A stretch of 63,924 bases of DNA, the filler included, from Thraustochytrium aureum (lineage: Eukaryota), in assembly GCA_012862495.1 (NCBI GenBank). It is 5 parts of 3 records of this genome, joined end to end, with 100 filler letters (N's around TTAATTAATTAA, not from the genome) between each part and the next. Parts side by side here need not be neighbours in the genome. Positions count along the whole stretch, not along the records: positions 1 to 28,017 come from BLSG01000449.1; positions 28,118 to 40,521 come from BLSG01000450.1; 3 more parts are not named here. One strand, written 5' to 3'. This document shows positions 25,490 to 36,939 of the stretch, in pieces. Positions within the stretch are counted from its first letter, which is position 1; every line of letters starts with the position of its first letter. Below the pieces are notes generated by a model that was not told where the DNA came from, did no database searches, and worked only from the letters and a program-made list of their open reading frames with translations. The position numbers were made by a program, and so were the translations under genes.

Positions 25490-25786
25490 ATGGACGCGTT
25501 CACGCACTACGAGAAGAAGGAGATCGACGAAGACAGCCTCCCAGAATACACGCTCGAGGAGGTGGCCCAGCACTGCACTGCGGACGACCTTTGGGTGGTG
25601 ATATACGGCAAGGTGTTTGACGTGACGGAGTGGCAGCACGACCATCCTGGCGGAGACGACATCCTGGTCAACAACGGGGGGAAGGACGTCTCGGCGCTCT
25701 TCCGCAATGTGGGCCACTCGCCCGACGCGAACGAAATCAGGCCAAACTTCATGATTGGCCGCCTCGCCCAGCGGGCCAAACTTTAG
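25490..25786 (+). CDS. Soluble cytochrome b5 (98 aa) with no membrane anchor and a C-terminal PTS1-like AKL
   Basis: YTLEEVAQH, WVVIYGKVFDVT, HPGG heme motif, second ligand GHS, IGRL; ends QRAKL*. Confidence 0.95.
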   Translation: MDAFTHYEKKEIDEDSLPEYTLEEVAQHCTADDLWVVIYGKVFDVTEWQHDHPGGDDILVNNGGKDVSALFRNVGHSPDANEIRPNFMIGRLAQRAKL

Positions 25787-25900
25787 AAAAAAAATCCAGT
25801 CAATATCAATAAAAGAGAAGAATGAGACACTACTAGCGAACCGAACCGGACCGGACCGGACCGGACCGAACCGCAGCGACCGCCAAAGGCTCGCACCAGT

Positions 25901-26803
25901 TCAGAGGCGCGACCAGATCGGGCGCGTCGTGCGCGCGAGCCAGAAAACCACGAGCGGGGCGTACTTGCTCTTCTCGTAGGAAAAGTTGACCATGTGGTTG
26001 AGGAACGGGTAGTCCATCATGGCGTTGGCGAGCGCGATGGACTCCTCGGAGTTGACGGCCTTGAGCTTTTCCACGAGGCCCTCCACTTCGTGGCTTCGGC
26101 GGGGGCGGCCGGCCGCCACCCACTCCTCGGCGACCTGCTGGGCCTTGCCCTGGACCTCGTCGGCGCTGACAACATAGTCGGCGTACCCGATGGCGAGCGC
26201 CTCCTGCGCGCCGAGCAACTTGCCCTCGAGGATCGCCTTGGCGAGCTGCGCGCCGAACTTTTCCGGGAACGTGTACGAGGAGCAGCCCTCCGGCACGAGG
26301 CCGAGCGACTTGAAGGGTGTCAGGAAGGTTGCCTTGTCGCTGGCCACGATCGCGTCGCAGAGGAAGGCCGAGGTGACGGAGGCCCCGATGGCGGGGCCGT
26401 TGGCGGCGCAGAACAGCGGCTTGGGGAAGTCGATAAAGTTGTCGAACAGGGCCTGGTTCTGGGCGGCCACCATCTGCTTCATCTCCTGCGCTCCTCACAA
26501 GCGTGCCGGTCAGCGGGCGCTGCGCAGGGGCGAGGCGGCCGGCGGGAGGCAGCAGCAACTTACGCGCGGGTGCATGGGCTTGAGGCTGCCGGCAAAGTCG
26601 ACGCCGGCGCAGTAGTACTTGCCGGTTCCCGTCAAGATGACAGCCTTGACGGTGTCGTCGTGCGTGGCGGCCTGGAGCGCCTGGGCCATTTGCTCCATCA
26701 TCGCGGGCGACCAGCCGTTCAGCTTGGCAGGGTTGTTGAACCTGACGGTGCGGACGCCGTTCAGGTCGGAGACCACCACGAGGTCCTTTCGCGTCTCCGC
26801 CAT
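25901..26803 (-). CDS. Peroxisomal delta3,delta2-enoyl-CoA isomerase (ECI2-like crotonase fold), 2 exons (26803-26564, 26485-25901)
   Basis: Crotonase motifs NNPAKLNG, VILTGTGKYYCAGVD, FPKPLFCAANGPAIG, FLTPFKSLGLVPEGCSSYTFP. Splicing a phase-0 GT-AG intron joins KPMHPR|EMKQM. Ends WSRL*. Confidence 0.9.
26486..26563 (-). other. Spliceosomal intron, 78 nt
   Basis: GTAAGT donor at 26563, CTGAC branch-like site, GCAG acceptor ending at 26486. Removing it restores a continuous crotonase ORF. Confidence 0.9.
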
Positions 26804-26848
26804 TCTCTGCTCGGCCCTTGGCGCCGCGTGAACTCGGTGCCAACCTGT

Positions 26849-26883
<35 letters not shown>

Positions 26884-28061
26884 GTAAGGAGTTTGCCTGC
26901 GTCTGTCTCGGCGAGATCTCAGTCCGGCCCAAGTTGGCGGCTGCGATGCTGCTTTTGATTGTCGCGCTCGTGGCGCGCAGGGAGCTGTGGCGCGCAGGGA
27001 GCTGCGGCGCGTGGAGTTGTGGCACGAAGCGTGCGCGGCTGCGCTCGAACCATGCTCGAGCCCAGCGGTCAAGCGGTGGCGAGCAGAGAGGATTTTCTGC
27101 CTTGCCTCGAGCAGGTCTCTGGCTAGACGCTAGTCTGAGGACTTGATAGCCTCGAGGTGATTGAGCCGCCGGGGCGAGATCGTCGATGTCCTGTAACTCC
27201 TGCTGCTGCCGTCGGAAGCAAGCTTGCTCGAGCGACTAGCCTCGCAATGACGCACGTCTCGCTAGCTAGAGAGAGCTAGCTCTAGACTAGAAGCACAGGC
27301 GCGAGACTGGCCAGGCCGGACCAGCGCGCGACAGCGCCTTGTGGAGGCCGACTCGGCGTCTGTCTCTCAGTCAGCGCCCGCCCACTGGCGCTCCGCTCCA
27401 CGAAGCTTGCGTCAACCAGCTCTGGTTCGAACAGTTTCGTTTGGAACTCCGGAGCACCGGGTCGTGTTTCCTCGCCCACCCGCTCACCGCTTCCCGTGCG
27501 AGTTGCCACCGCTCTGGAAAGGAAAAGAAAAGTCCGCGAAGAAAGAGCGACAACTGATGGGCAACATTTCAAACCCGCATCCGCTATTGTAGGGCCGCAC
27601 AGGCATGCGTCGTTTGTTCATACCGTCTCCAACGCAGGAATATAGTGCCCGAGGAAGCTCCCCGAGACCAGCGCGCGAAACGGCCGCGCAGCTGTGCCCT
27701 GCAATCCGGCTTATTACTTTAATTATCCGAGAATGGATTTTCATATTTACTTAATTAGCCGATGCGCAGCTGTTCTGCCGATCCCGCCTGAGAGGGGGGA
27801 AAAAAACCGCGCTTCCAAGAGGGTCCAACGGGCACCAACGGCTGACAGCCACCCGTTTCGCCCTGTCGGCGCGGATTCCAGGCGGCCCCTCTCACCTGGA
27901 CGCACTAATGGCGCGCGCCTCGCCGCCGGCCCAGCATGGGCCCGCTCGGGCCCCTCGGTCTCCAAGGTGGCGGCTGCCCCGGCAGCCGCGGAAAAGCGTG
28001 GCGACGGCGGACCCGAGNNNNNNNNNNNNNNNNNNNNNNNNNNNNNNNNNNNNNNNNNNNN

Positions 28062-28073
28062 TTAATTAATTAA
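28062..28073. other. Artificial contig linker TTAATTAATTAA (stops in all six frames) inside an N gap
   Basis: Identical 12-mer centred in ~100-nt gaps; also at 40566-40577, 52561-52572 and 59234-59245. Confidence 0.95.
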
Positions 28074-28117
28074 NNNNNNNNNNNNNNNNNNNNNNNNNNN
28101 NNNNNNNNNNNNNNNNN

Positions 28118-30723
28118 CCCTCCGGGTTGGCGAGCACACCCTCGGTGTTGTCCTCCGGGTTGGCGAGCACACCCTCGGAATCAGAAGAGCAGCTAATGTC
28201 TTGCGCGTCGTCTTCCGACGCCCCAAGCTGGTTGAGCTCCTCGCGCGGTGGCTGCACGTCTTGAGCGCACTCAAGCACTTGAGGTTCGTCTTGCACGTTG
28301 TCGCTGGGCTTGCGATCAGCAATGCCCATCGCCTCCACCTCGTCCACAAGGGCGGAGAGGAGGTCGTCGTCGGCCTCGACCACGCCGGCACTGCATTGTT
28401 CGTCCCCACACTCCGTCGCCATGGTGGCGTCGTCAGTATTGCAGTCGAGCAGAGCACCAACGTGGCCTTCATCCTGGGACACTTCTGCCACGCTCGTCTC
28501 AGCAGCGGCCTGGGTCTGCGCCTCCTGAGCTGTGCTCCCAGGCGTCAGCTCGATCACGGCCTTCGACGACAATTGCTGGCTGAGCGACTCGACGTCGGCG
28601 TCGTCAAGCGGAGTGCTCATCGCGAGATTCGGCCCCTCGGCGCTATCACTCAGAGAGGCGGTGGAGTCCGATTGAGTGCCTTCGTCCTCTTCATCGTCGT
28701 CGTCGTTGCCGGACGGCCCGTGCTCGTACTCTGAATATGACCAATGCACTGCGTACTTCTCATACTCGCGCTCCGGCGATTCCTTCGGGGTTGGGAAGAC
28801 TGTGCGATGGCCTTGCGGCTTTTCGCGCCCTGGCGTCAAAGAGTCGGCGGCGGGAGCGAGGTCGCCCACGTCTTCGTCGGCTGAGAATTCCTCGTCGTAG
28901 TCCTCGACGTAGGCTTGGCCAAAATCATCATAGTCTTCGTAGAGCTCCTCGGCTGGGACCATGTCGTCTTCCTCGTAAAGGGAGCGGAGTCGCTGCCGAA
29001 GGACTTCGTTGGACCACTCTGCATAGGCAGACGCGTCGAAGCCAAGAAAAGTAAGCTCTTGCTCGATCTGCAAGCGCTCCTCGTCCACCTCGGCTTGGGC
29101 CTCTCGGTCAGTGTCGCACTGGTCCTCTTCGAGGAGGCCGTCGTCGCCTTTGCCGTCCACAACAGCTCGGCTCGCGGGGCTCGAAGCGATGCTTGCCTTG
29201 TCAGGCGCTTCTTCAACTTGCCCAACGCAAAAACCAGCCGCAGTGGCGGCTTCCTCGACCTGGTCCGTGCCGAGCTGAGCCGCGGGCATCGCCGAGCACT
29301 TTCTTGGCAAAGTACTTGTGGGCTGACTTGGGGAGCCCAGCGAGCGGCTGGTCGGCCGAGGGCGGGCCCGACGCTGCACGGCTCTTGATTTCCGCACGAA
29401 TAGGGGTGCTGAGGGCTGCCTTGCGCGCTTGACGGCTGGCCTCATCGGCCAAAGCAGCCTTGGCCTTGGCCCGAATTTCCTTGCGGATCGGAGTCGCCAG
29501 GGCGGTCTTCTTCGTGGCAAATACCTGAGAAGCCTTCGAGTGGTGCGTGGAACCTTGGATGCCCTTGCGAACCGGGGTGGGGAGCGCCTTCCTCTGTTTC
29601 TTGCGCAGCGGCCGACCGAGCGTTGCCGGACCGGGGATTGGTGAGCTCTTTCCGAAGGGGGGTCGGGAGCCCACGTCGAGCCTTAAAGCTGATCGCCGCG
29701 TCGTCCGCTACAGAGGCGGGCTCAAGGGCTGCTTTGGGTGCAGCTCGGTTCCGAATCGCTGCACGAACAGGAGTTGGCAGCGCGCTCTTCGGCGCGCAAG
29801 TCGGCTGTTTGCCGACCTGCACGAGGTTGGACTGGTTGGCTCGCTCGCTGATCGCTTTTCGGACTGGCGTCGGCAGGGCCTTGTTCGCCGCGACGGTCGG
29901 CGCGCAGCTCTGCGCCTTTTCGGCTAGAGCCGCTCGCTCCCGAATCGCGCTGCGAACAGGGGTCGGGAGGCCCTTGGGGAGGCTGCCGCTGCCGGGCTTT
30001 GGCAGAGTCGCGCCCTTTGAAGGCGTCGATTTGGCCGCGCTGAGCGCGGTGCCAGAGATAGCAGCCTTGGCTTTCGTCTGGATTTGGCGACGCACTGGGG
30101 TCGGGAGGGCCGACTTTGAGCTCGGCTTGGCCGGCTTGGGACACCGCGCCGAAGATGTCGTCCATCTCGTCCTCCAGCTCGCGCCGCCGCGCAGCCTCAG
30201 GCTCTAGTTCGACCTGCTTGCCAGGCGTACGAGCGCCCTTCGCTTTGATCGTGGGCTTGGGTCCTGCGTTCACGGCCCTGTTGATGATGTCCGTGTTGTC
30301 GCGCAAGATAGAAGCCTCGTCCACGACCTTCCGCTCGCGAGCGCTGGAGGGGTCGACTGTGATGCACTCCTCGTCCGGCTTGAGGAACTCGTCCGAGCAG
30401 ATGAACTGAAACCGTCTGTCTGCGACGGTGAAGATGTCGCCGTTCTCGAGCACCTCGCGTTTGAAAACTGGGGCTTGGTTGAGCAGTGTCATGCTGTGGT
30501 TTTTGCAGAGGTTCTCCAGGACGACTTGGCCGTTCTCGTCCACTGCGAGGAAGGCGTGCTTGCGCGACACATACTTGAGATTGATGCGGATGTCGCATCC
30601 GTCGGTGCGCCCGATGAGTGCACGTCCCATGAACGGGAAGCGTTTGCCCGCGCGCCCATCTCTGTCAATCACGACGATGTCGCCGTAGCGTAGCTCGCCG
30701 GTCTCCTCGCTCTCGTTGGCCAT
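28118..30723 (-). CDS. FHA-domain protein with Ki-67-type FHA, 8 basic L(P/A/S)TP(V/L/I)R repeats and an acidic tail; 3 apparent frameshifts; 3' end lost in a gap
   Basis: ATG at 30723 (MANESEE). FHA motif IGRTDGCDIRINLKYVSRKHA...TLLN...LENGDIFTVADRRFQF. The repeat motif continues across ORFs 29442..30095 and 29213..29674, then acidic ORF 28066..29520, which ends in a 30-bp EGVLANPEDN repeat at the contig edge. Confidence 0.8.
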
Positions 30724-31915
30724 CCTCACGTTCGATGTTCTTCTCCGTTTCCTTCGTGCTTGTAGCTCCTGCACCGGGCCGGATGCGCTTCCTGCGCAAT
30801 CCGTCTCCCCCCGCCCCCGCCCCGCCCCACCCCCCTCTGCTCCTCCGGCTGCAGCGCTTCGGCCCGCAAAGCGTCTTTTCTTCTGGTTGCCCGTCGATGG
30901 GAGTCTGCTGTGGCCATGGAGTACTCTCCAGCTACTTCGCTGGAGTACTTGCTCGGCCCAAGTCGGCAGCCTCCAGATCGATCCACCGCTGGCGGTTGTT
31001 CTGGCGGTTGTTCCAACGAACAGAGGAAGCGTACGCAGGCAAAACCGCCGCCGCGCGAGAAGCCCNNNNNNNNNNNNNNNNNNNNNNNNNNNNNNNNNNN
31101 NNNNNNNNNNNNNNNNNNNNNNNNNNNNNNNNNNNNNNNNNNNNNNNNNNNNNNNNNNNNNNNNNNNNNNNNNNNNNNNNNNNNNNNNNNNNNNNNNNNN
31201 NNNNNNNNNNNNNNNNNNNNNNNNNNNNNNNNNNNNNNNNNNNNNNNNNNNNNNNNNNNNNNNNNNNNNNNNNNNNNNNNNNNNNNNNNNNNNNNNNNNN
31301 NNNNNNNNNNNNNNNNNNNNNNNNNNNNNNNNNNNNNNNNNNNNNNNNNNNNNNNNNNNNNNNNNNNNNNNNNNNNNNNNNNNNNNNNNNNNNNNNNNNN
31401 NNNNNNNNNNNNNNNNNNNNNNNNNNNNNNNNNNNNNNNNNNNNNNNNNNNNNNNNNNNNNNNNNNNNNNNNNNNNNNNNNNNNNNNNNNNAACTTGTAT
31501 GACTAGTAGTAGAGGGTCAGCCCTCTGTTTAATTTTTCAAATTCAAACCCGCGCAACCTAACCGATCGGTCAGGGCCGCGCGGGGCGCAGTAATAAACGA
31601 ACACGCGTTTTCATAGCGTAGTAGATGCTTTCGCTCTTGGTGTCTGGTGCGGCTGCGCCGGGAGCTGCGCCAAGGTGGGTGTTGGGGCCTCACCTTGGAG
31701 ATAGGCGAGGGTGGCGGGGAGCCTCACGTGCAGTCAGTCGGGCAGACCCCCAACGAGAGCGGGACCGGAGCGGAGAAGGCGCGCGCCACGAAGAGCGAGG
31801 CAGACGCGCAGACAACAGGCACAGACAAGCACAGACAGGCACGCAGGCAGAGAGCAAGAGAGAGGCGCGCGCCGGCGGACGCAACAGGGCGCGGCGGCCC
31901 AGTTTCAGGAGCAAG

Positions 31916-34466
31916 ATGGCAGCCACCACAGATGACGCGACCATGTACGTGGTCAAGCGCAACGGCAAGCAGGAGGAGGTCAAGTTTGACAAGATCACCT
32001 CGCGCATCGCCAAGCTCTGCTACGGGCTGGACAAAAAGTACTGCGACCCCGTCAAGGTCGCCCAGAAGGTGATTCAAGGCGTCTACAGCGGTGTATCCAC
32101 CAAGGAGCTGGACGAGCTGGCCGCCGAGACGGCCGCGTACGCCTCGACGCAGCATCCAGACTTTTCGATCCTGGCGGCCCGCATCGCCGTGAGCAACCTG
32201 CACAAGAGCACCTCCGAGTCGTTCTCGGAAACGATCGAGCGACTTCGGTTCCACATTCACCCCCGCAACGGAGAAAAGGCGCCGCTGGTCTCCGAGGAGG
32301 TCTACGACATCGTGATGGCCAACCGTGACAGGCTGGACGCGGCCATCAAGTACGAGCGCGATTTCGAGTACGACTTTTTCGGATTCAAGACGCTGGAGCG
32401 CTCCTACCTGCTGAAGGTGAACGGCAAGATCGCAGAGCGGCCGCAGCACATGCTGCTGCGCGTGTCCGTGGGAATCCACATGCACGACATCGACCGCGCG
32501 ATCGAGACGTACGAGCTGATGTCCCAAAAGTTCTTCACGCACGCCACGCCGACCCTGTTCAACTCGGGGACGCCCCGGCCGCAGATGTCGAGCTGCTTTT
32601 TGGTCTGCATGAAGGAGGATAGCATCGATGGCATCTACGACACGCTCAAGACTTGCGCCTGCATCTCCAAATACGCCGGCGGCATCGGCCTCAGCATCCA
32701 CAACATCCGCGCCTCGAACAGCTACGTGGCCGGCACCAACGGGGATCGAACGGGATCGTCCCGATGCTGCGCGTTTTCAACGACACCGCGCGCTACGTCG
32801 ACCAGGGCGGCGGCAAGCGCAAGGGCTCGTTCGCCATCTACCTTGAGCCCTGGCACGCCGACATCGAGCAGTTTCTCGAGCTCAAGAAGAACCACGGCAA
32901 GGAGGAGAACCGAGCACGCGACCTCTTTTACGCGCTGTGGATCCCCGACCTCTTCATGAAGCGCGTGGAGGCCAACGGGACCTGGACCTTGTTCTGCCCG
33001 AACGAGGCGCGGGGCCTGGCCGACGTGTACGGCGACGCGTTCGTCGAGCTCTACGAGCGCTACGAGCGCGAGGGCAAGGGCCGCAAGACGATCCGGGCCC
33101 AGGAGCTGTGGCACTCGGTGCTGAGCTCGCAGATCGAGACAGGCACCCCCTACATGCTTTTCAAGGACGCTTGCAACCAAAAGTCCAACCAAAAGAACCT
33201 GGGCACGATCAAGTCATCGAACCTGTGCACCGAGATCATCGAGTACACGGCGCCGGACGAGGTCGCGGTCTGCAACTTGGCTTCAATCAACCTGCGCAAG
33301 TTTGTGCGCCACGAGGACCTGTCGTACGACTTTGAGGAGCTCATCCGCGTCACCAAGGTGGTCACCCGCAACCTGAACCGCGTCATTGATGTCAACTACT
33401 NNNNNNNNNNNNNNNNNNNNNNNNNNNNNNNNNNNNNNNNNNNNNNNNNNNNNNNNNNNNNNNNNNNNNNNNNNNNNNNNNNNNNNNNNNNNNNNNNNNN
33501 NNNNNNNNNNNNNNNNNNNNNNNNNNNNNNNNNNNNNNNNNNNTGAACCGCGTCATTGATGTCAACTACTACCCAGTTCCCGAGGCGCGCAAGAGCAACA
33601 TGCGCCACCGCCCCATCGGCATTGGGGTCCAGGGCCTCGCGGACGCCTTCTTGGAGCTCCGAATGCCCTTCGACAGCGCCCAGGCGCGCAAACTCAACCG
33701 CGACATCTTTGAGGCGATCTACTTTGGAGCCGTGCAGGCCTCCATGGAGCTCGCCAAGGAGGAGGGGCACTACGAGACGTACCCAGGCTCGCCCATCAGC
33801 GAGGGTCTGTTTCAGTTCGACCTCTGGAACCAAAAGCCCAACCCCGCGCTCGGACTCGACTGGGACAGCCTGCGCAGCCAAGTTCTCGCTCACGGTGTCC
33901 GCAACTCGCTCCTCGTCGCGCCTATGCCAACGGCCTCTACCTCGCAAATCCTCGGCAACAACGAGTGCTTTGAGCCGTACACGTCAAACATCTACTCGCG
34001 CCGTGTGCTTGCTGGCGAGTTTACGGTTGTCAACAAGCACCTGCTCAACGACCTCTTGGCGCGTGGCCTCTGGACCGCTGACGTGCGCAACCAAATCATC
34101 GCCGAGCGCGGTTCGGTGCAAAACGTGCAGATGATCCCTGGCGACCTGAAGGAGCTGTACAAAACTGCTTGGGAGATCAAGCAGCGCGCGATCATCGATA
34201 TGGCGGCGGACCGCGGCGCTTTCATCGACCAGTCCCAGTCGCTCAACATCCACCTCGCAGACCCCAACGTTGGCAAGCTCACGTCGATGCACTTTTACAG
34301 CTGGAAGCGCGGGCTCAAGACGGGCATGTACTACCTGCGCACGCGCGCCAAGGCTGAGGCGATCCAGTTCACTGTTGATCAGGAAGCGCTCTCGCGCTCG
34401 CGCCAAGCGGCCGAAAGCCCCGCAGAGGAAGTAGAGGACGAGGAGTGCCTGATGTGCGGCTCGTAA
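31916..34466 (+). CDS. RRM1: Ribonucleoside-diphosphate reductase large subunit (class Ia R1); one homopolymer frameshift and a spurious gap
   Basis: ATP-cone [65 protein letters not shown]-terminal CLMCGS. Frameshift at the G-run ~32741. Sequence on both sides of gap 33401-33543 is duplicated. Confidence 0.97.
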
Positions 34467-34732
34467 ATGGTGCGCGGGCTGCTCTGCTCGCCTTCGAGTG
34501 AGCCATTCGCGGTTCTGCCCTCCCCATACATATACCTGATGCCTACTCTATACAGTACTATACAGTAGGCCAATCAATAACCCGCAGGTTTCTTCCTGGA
34601 TTCGACCTTGCTTGCCTTGAACGAGCCGCGCGAGACAACCGACCGCTTTCTTGATCGTGATCTCCGTCGAGAGGGTGGTCGTCAACAAGCTCGTCATGGA
34701 CACTTCCCGTGGCTTCTTCGGAAGGCCGTCAT

Positions 34733-34810
34733 TCGTGAGGCTCTTCGGCATCCTCGCGCTCCGGTTGTGATTCGTTCGTGAGGCTCTTCGGCATCCTCGC
34801 GCTCCGGTTG
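34733..34810. repeat. ~35-bp direct repeat, 2 copies (ttcgtgaggctcttcggcatcctcgcgctccggttg), between convergent RRM1 and LCB2
   Basis: Directly visible. Confidence 0.85.
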
Positions 34811-35085
34811 CGATTCGTCAGGCTCTACCGGGCCGGTCTGGAGCCTGTCCAGCACGCGGCTTTTATCGCGCGCAAGGATTTGCTTCGTTCCAGGCTGCCA
34901 CACGTGACTCAACAATACTCCTTTCCGTAGTCACCGAGAGTCTGATCTTCAAGTCCAAGGAAGTTCATCCCATCGCGCCCACCGTTCACCACAAGTAGTA
35001 CCACTCTCAGATTGTTTTCTTTACAAGACGACCGTCGGTCCAAAGCGGCTCGACGACAGCCTCTGGCTAGAGACCCATCACCACC

Positions 35086-36672
35086 TCACAGCCCGTGCTC
35101 GTTGTAGCGCAATCGCAAGATGTCGACCACATCGCGAATCTTCTCGATCGCTTCCTCGAGCTGCTCGCGCGTGTGCGCTGCGCTGATGCAAAACCGCGTT
35201 CGCGCGCCGTTCAGCGGAACAGCCGGGAACCCGACCGTGACGACAGCAAGACCACGGTCCATGCAGAGCTGGTGGAACATGTCGATCTTCGTCGGGACGT
35301 ACAACATGAGCGGGATCACAGGCGAGCCCTCGTCGCCGAGGACCTGGCAGCCCATCCTGGACAGCTCTGAGCGAAAGTAGTTGGAGTTGTCTCGAATGTC
35401 CTGCAGCTTTTTGCGGCCCAGCGTCGTCCCGTCCTCGCCCTCGATGACCCGCAGCGCAGTTGTGATCTGCTCGACAACCACAGCCGACATGGCCGTCGAA
35501 AGAAAGTTGCCCGAGCTCTGGGTACGGAGGTAGTCGATGAAAGGCTTGCTCGCTGCGACATATCCCCCCATCGCTCCGAACGACTTTGTGAAAGTGCCCA
35601 TGAGGATGTCGATGTCGGAGGGCGGGACACCGGCATACTCGCAGATGCCCCGGCCAGTGGCGCCCAGCGCCCCAATCGAGTGCGCCTCGTCCACGTACAT
35701 GTACGCTTTGTACCGCTTGGCGACGGCGACGATCCCAGCCAGCTCACACACCTCGCCCTCCATGCTGTAGATCCCCTCCACCATGACCATGATCTTCTTC
35801 CAGGGCCGGTGGGTCAACGGCTGCCCTTCCACCACCGCAGCGCGGAGCACGTGGTCGAGGTGCTCGATGTCGTTGTGGCGGAAGACGCGAATCGTCGCCC
35901 CAGAAGCGCGCGAGCCGTTAACGATTGACACGTGGTTCAGGGTATCGCTCACAAGCAAGCAGCCCTTGCCGAAGAGAGCCGGGATGGCGGAGGCGTTAGT
36001 GTTGTAGCCCATGTTGAAGATCAAGCAGTCCTCTTTGCCGACGTAGGCAGCCATGCGCCGCTCCAGGTCCTCGTGCGCGCTGGTGTAGCCCCCTTCCACG
36101 GTCGCCGCGCACATGCTCACGCCATACCTGTCCAGAGAGCTCATGACGCGTTCCCTGCACGTTGTCTTCCAGTCGTCCGCAAACCCGAGGTAGTTGTACG
36201 AGCCGAGGTTGAGGCACTTTTTGCGGCGGTCCGTCAGCACAATCCTCCCGTCCGGGGCGCGCTCGCGCTCCACGACCTCGATCGTGGCCCCGGGCGGCCC
36301 AGGCACCACGTTGTTCAGGGACTTCCACAGCCTGTTCGCGAGCCGGCGGCTGTAGAACGAGTCGATGCCGCGCACGANNNNNNNNNNNNNNNNNNNNNNN
36401 NNNNNNNNNNNNNNNNNNNNNNNNNNNNNNNNNNNNNNNNNNNNNNNNNNNNNNNNNNNNNNNAGTCGATGCCGCGCACGAGCGGCGCGTACCCGTCAAG
36501 GTTGATTTTTCTTGTTGCGCTGCAGCAGCGCATCGACCAAGTCGTAGAACAGGCCCACCAGCACGGCGCAGATGTACACAAAGTAAGTCGAGAGCTGCAC
36601 CATCGAGCTCTGTGCCGGCTCAGCCAGGTCCGAGATCGACTTGGTGCGAGACCGTTGCGCGCGGCCCATCAT
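35086..36672 (-). CDS. LCB2: Serine palmitoyltransferase catalytic subunit LCB2/SPTLC2
   Basis: CLNLGSYNYLGFA, LNHVSIVNG, EGIYSMEG, YVDEAHSIG, PLP-lysine motif GTFTKSFG, RFCISAAH. N-terminal TM (YFVYICAVLVGLF) from ATG 36672. One A-run frameshift ~36505. The gap at 36378-36463 has duplicated flanks. Confidence 0.95.
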
Positions 36673-36939
36673 GGCGCCGCCCCGACCCCGCTGCTCGACC
36701 GTCCGTCGCGCATCCCGTCCCGCGCGCTCGCAGCCCGGGCCCTCCTCGACAGCCGAGCGCCCGCCACGCAGCCGCACGCACGAGCCGCCTGCAAGCGACA
36801 GATCGACTGCGCGCAGCTCGCCCCCGCACGCACGCACCCCGCACGCACACTAGAACACTAGCACAACAGCACAACAGACAACAGCACACGACCAGGAGAG
36901 AGAGCGAGTCTCTGCTCCAGGCAGGCCCGCACTCGACGC

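Noticed and set aside
32735..32750. Programmed frameshift or pseudogene in RRM1 (also in the SET, FHA, LCB2 and kinase genes)
   Set aside because: Shifts mostly fall in homopolymer runs, go in both directions and hit essential, otherwise intact genes. Best explained as sequencing indels.
33373..33570. Intron/intein or duplication in RRM1 at the N gap
   Set aside because: The same ~27 nt flank both sides and the protein is continuous when they are overlapped: an unmerged contig overlap. The same applies at 36378-36463 in LCB2.
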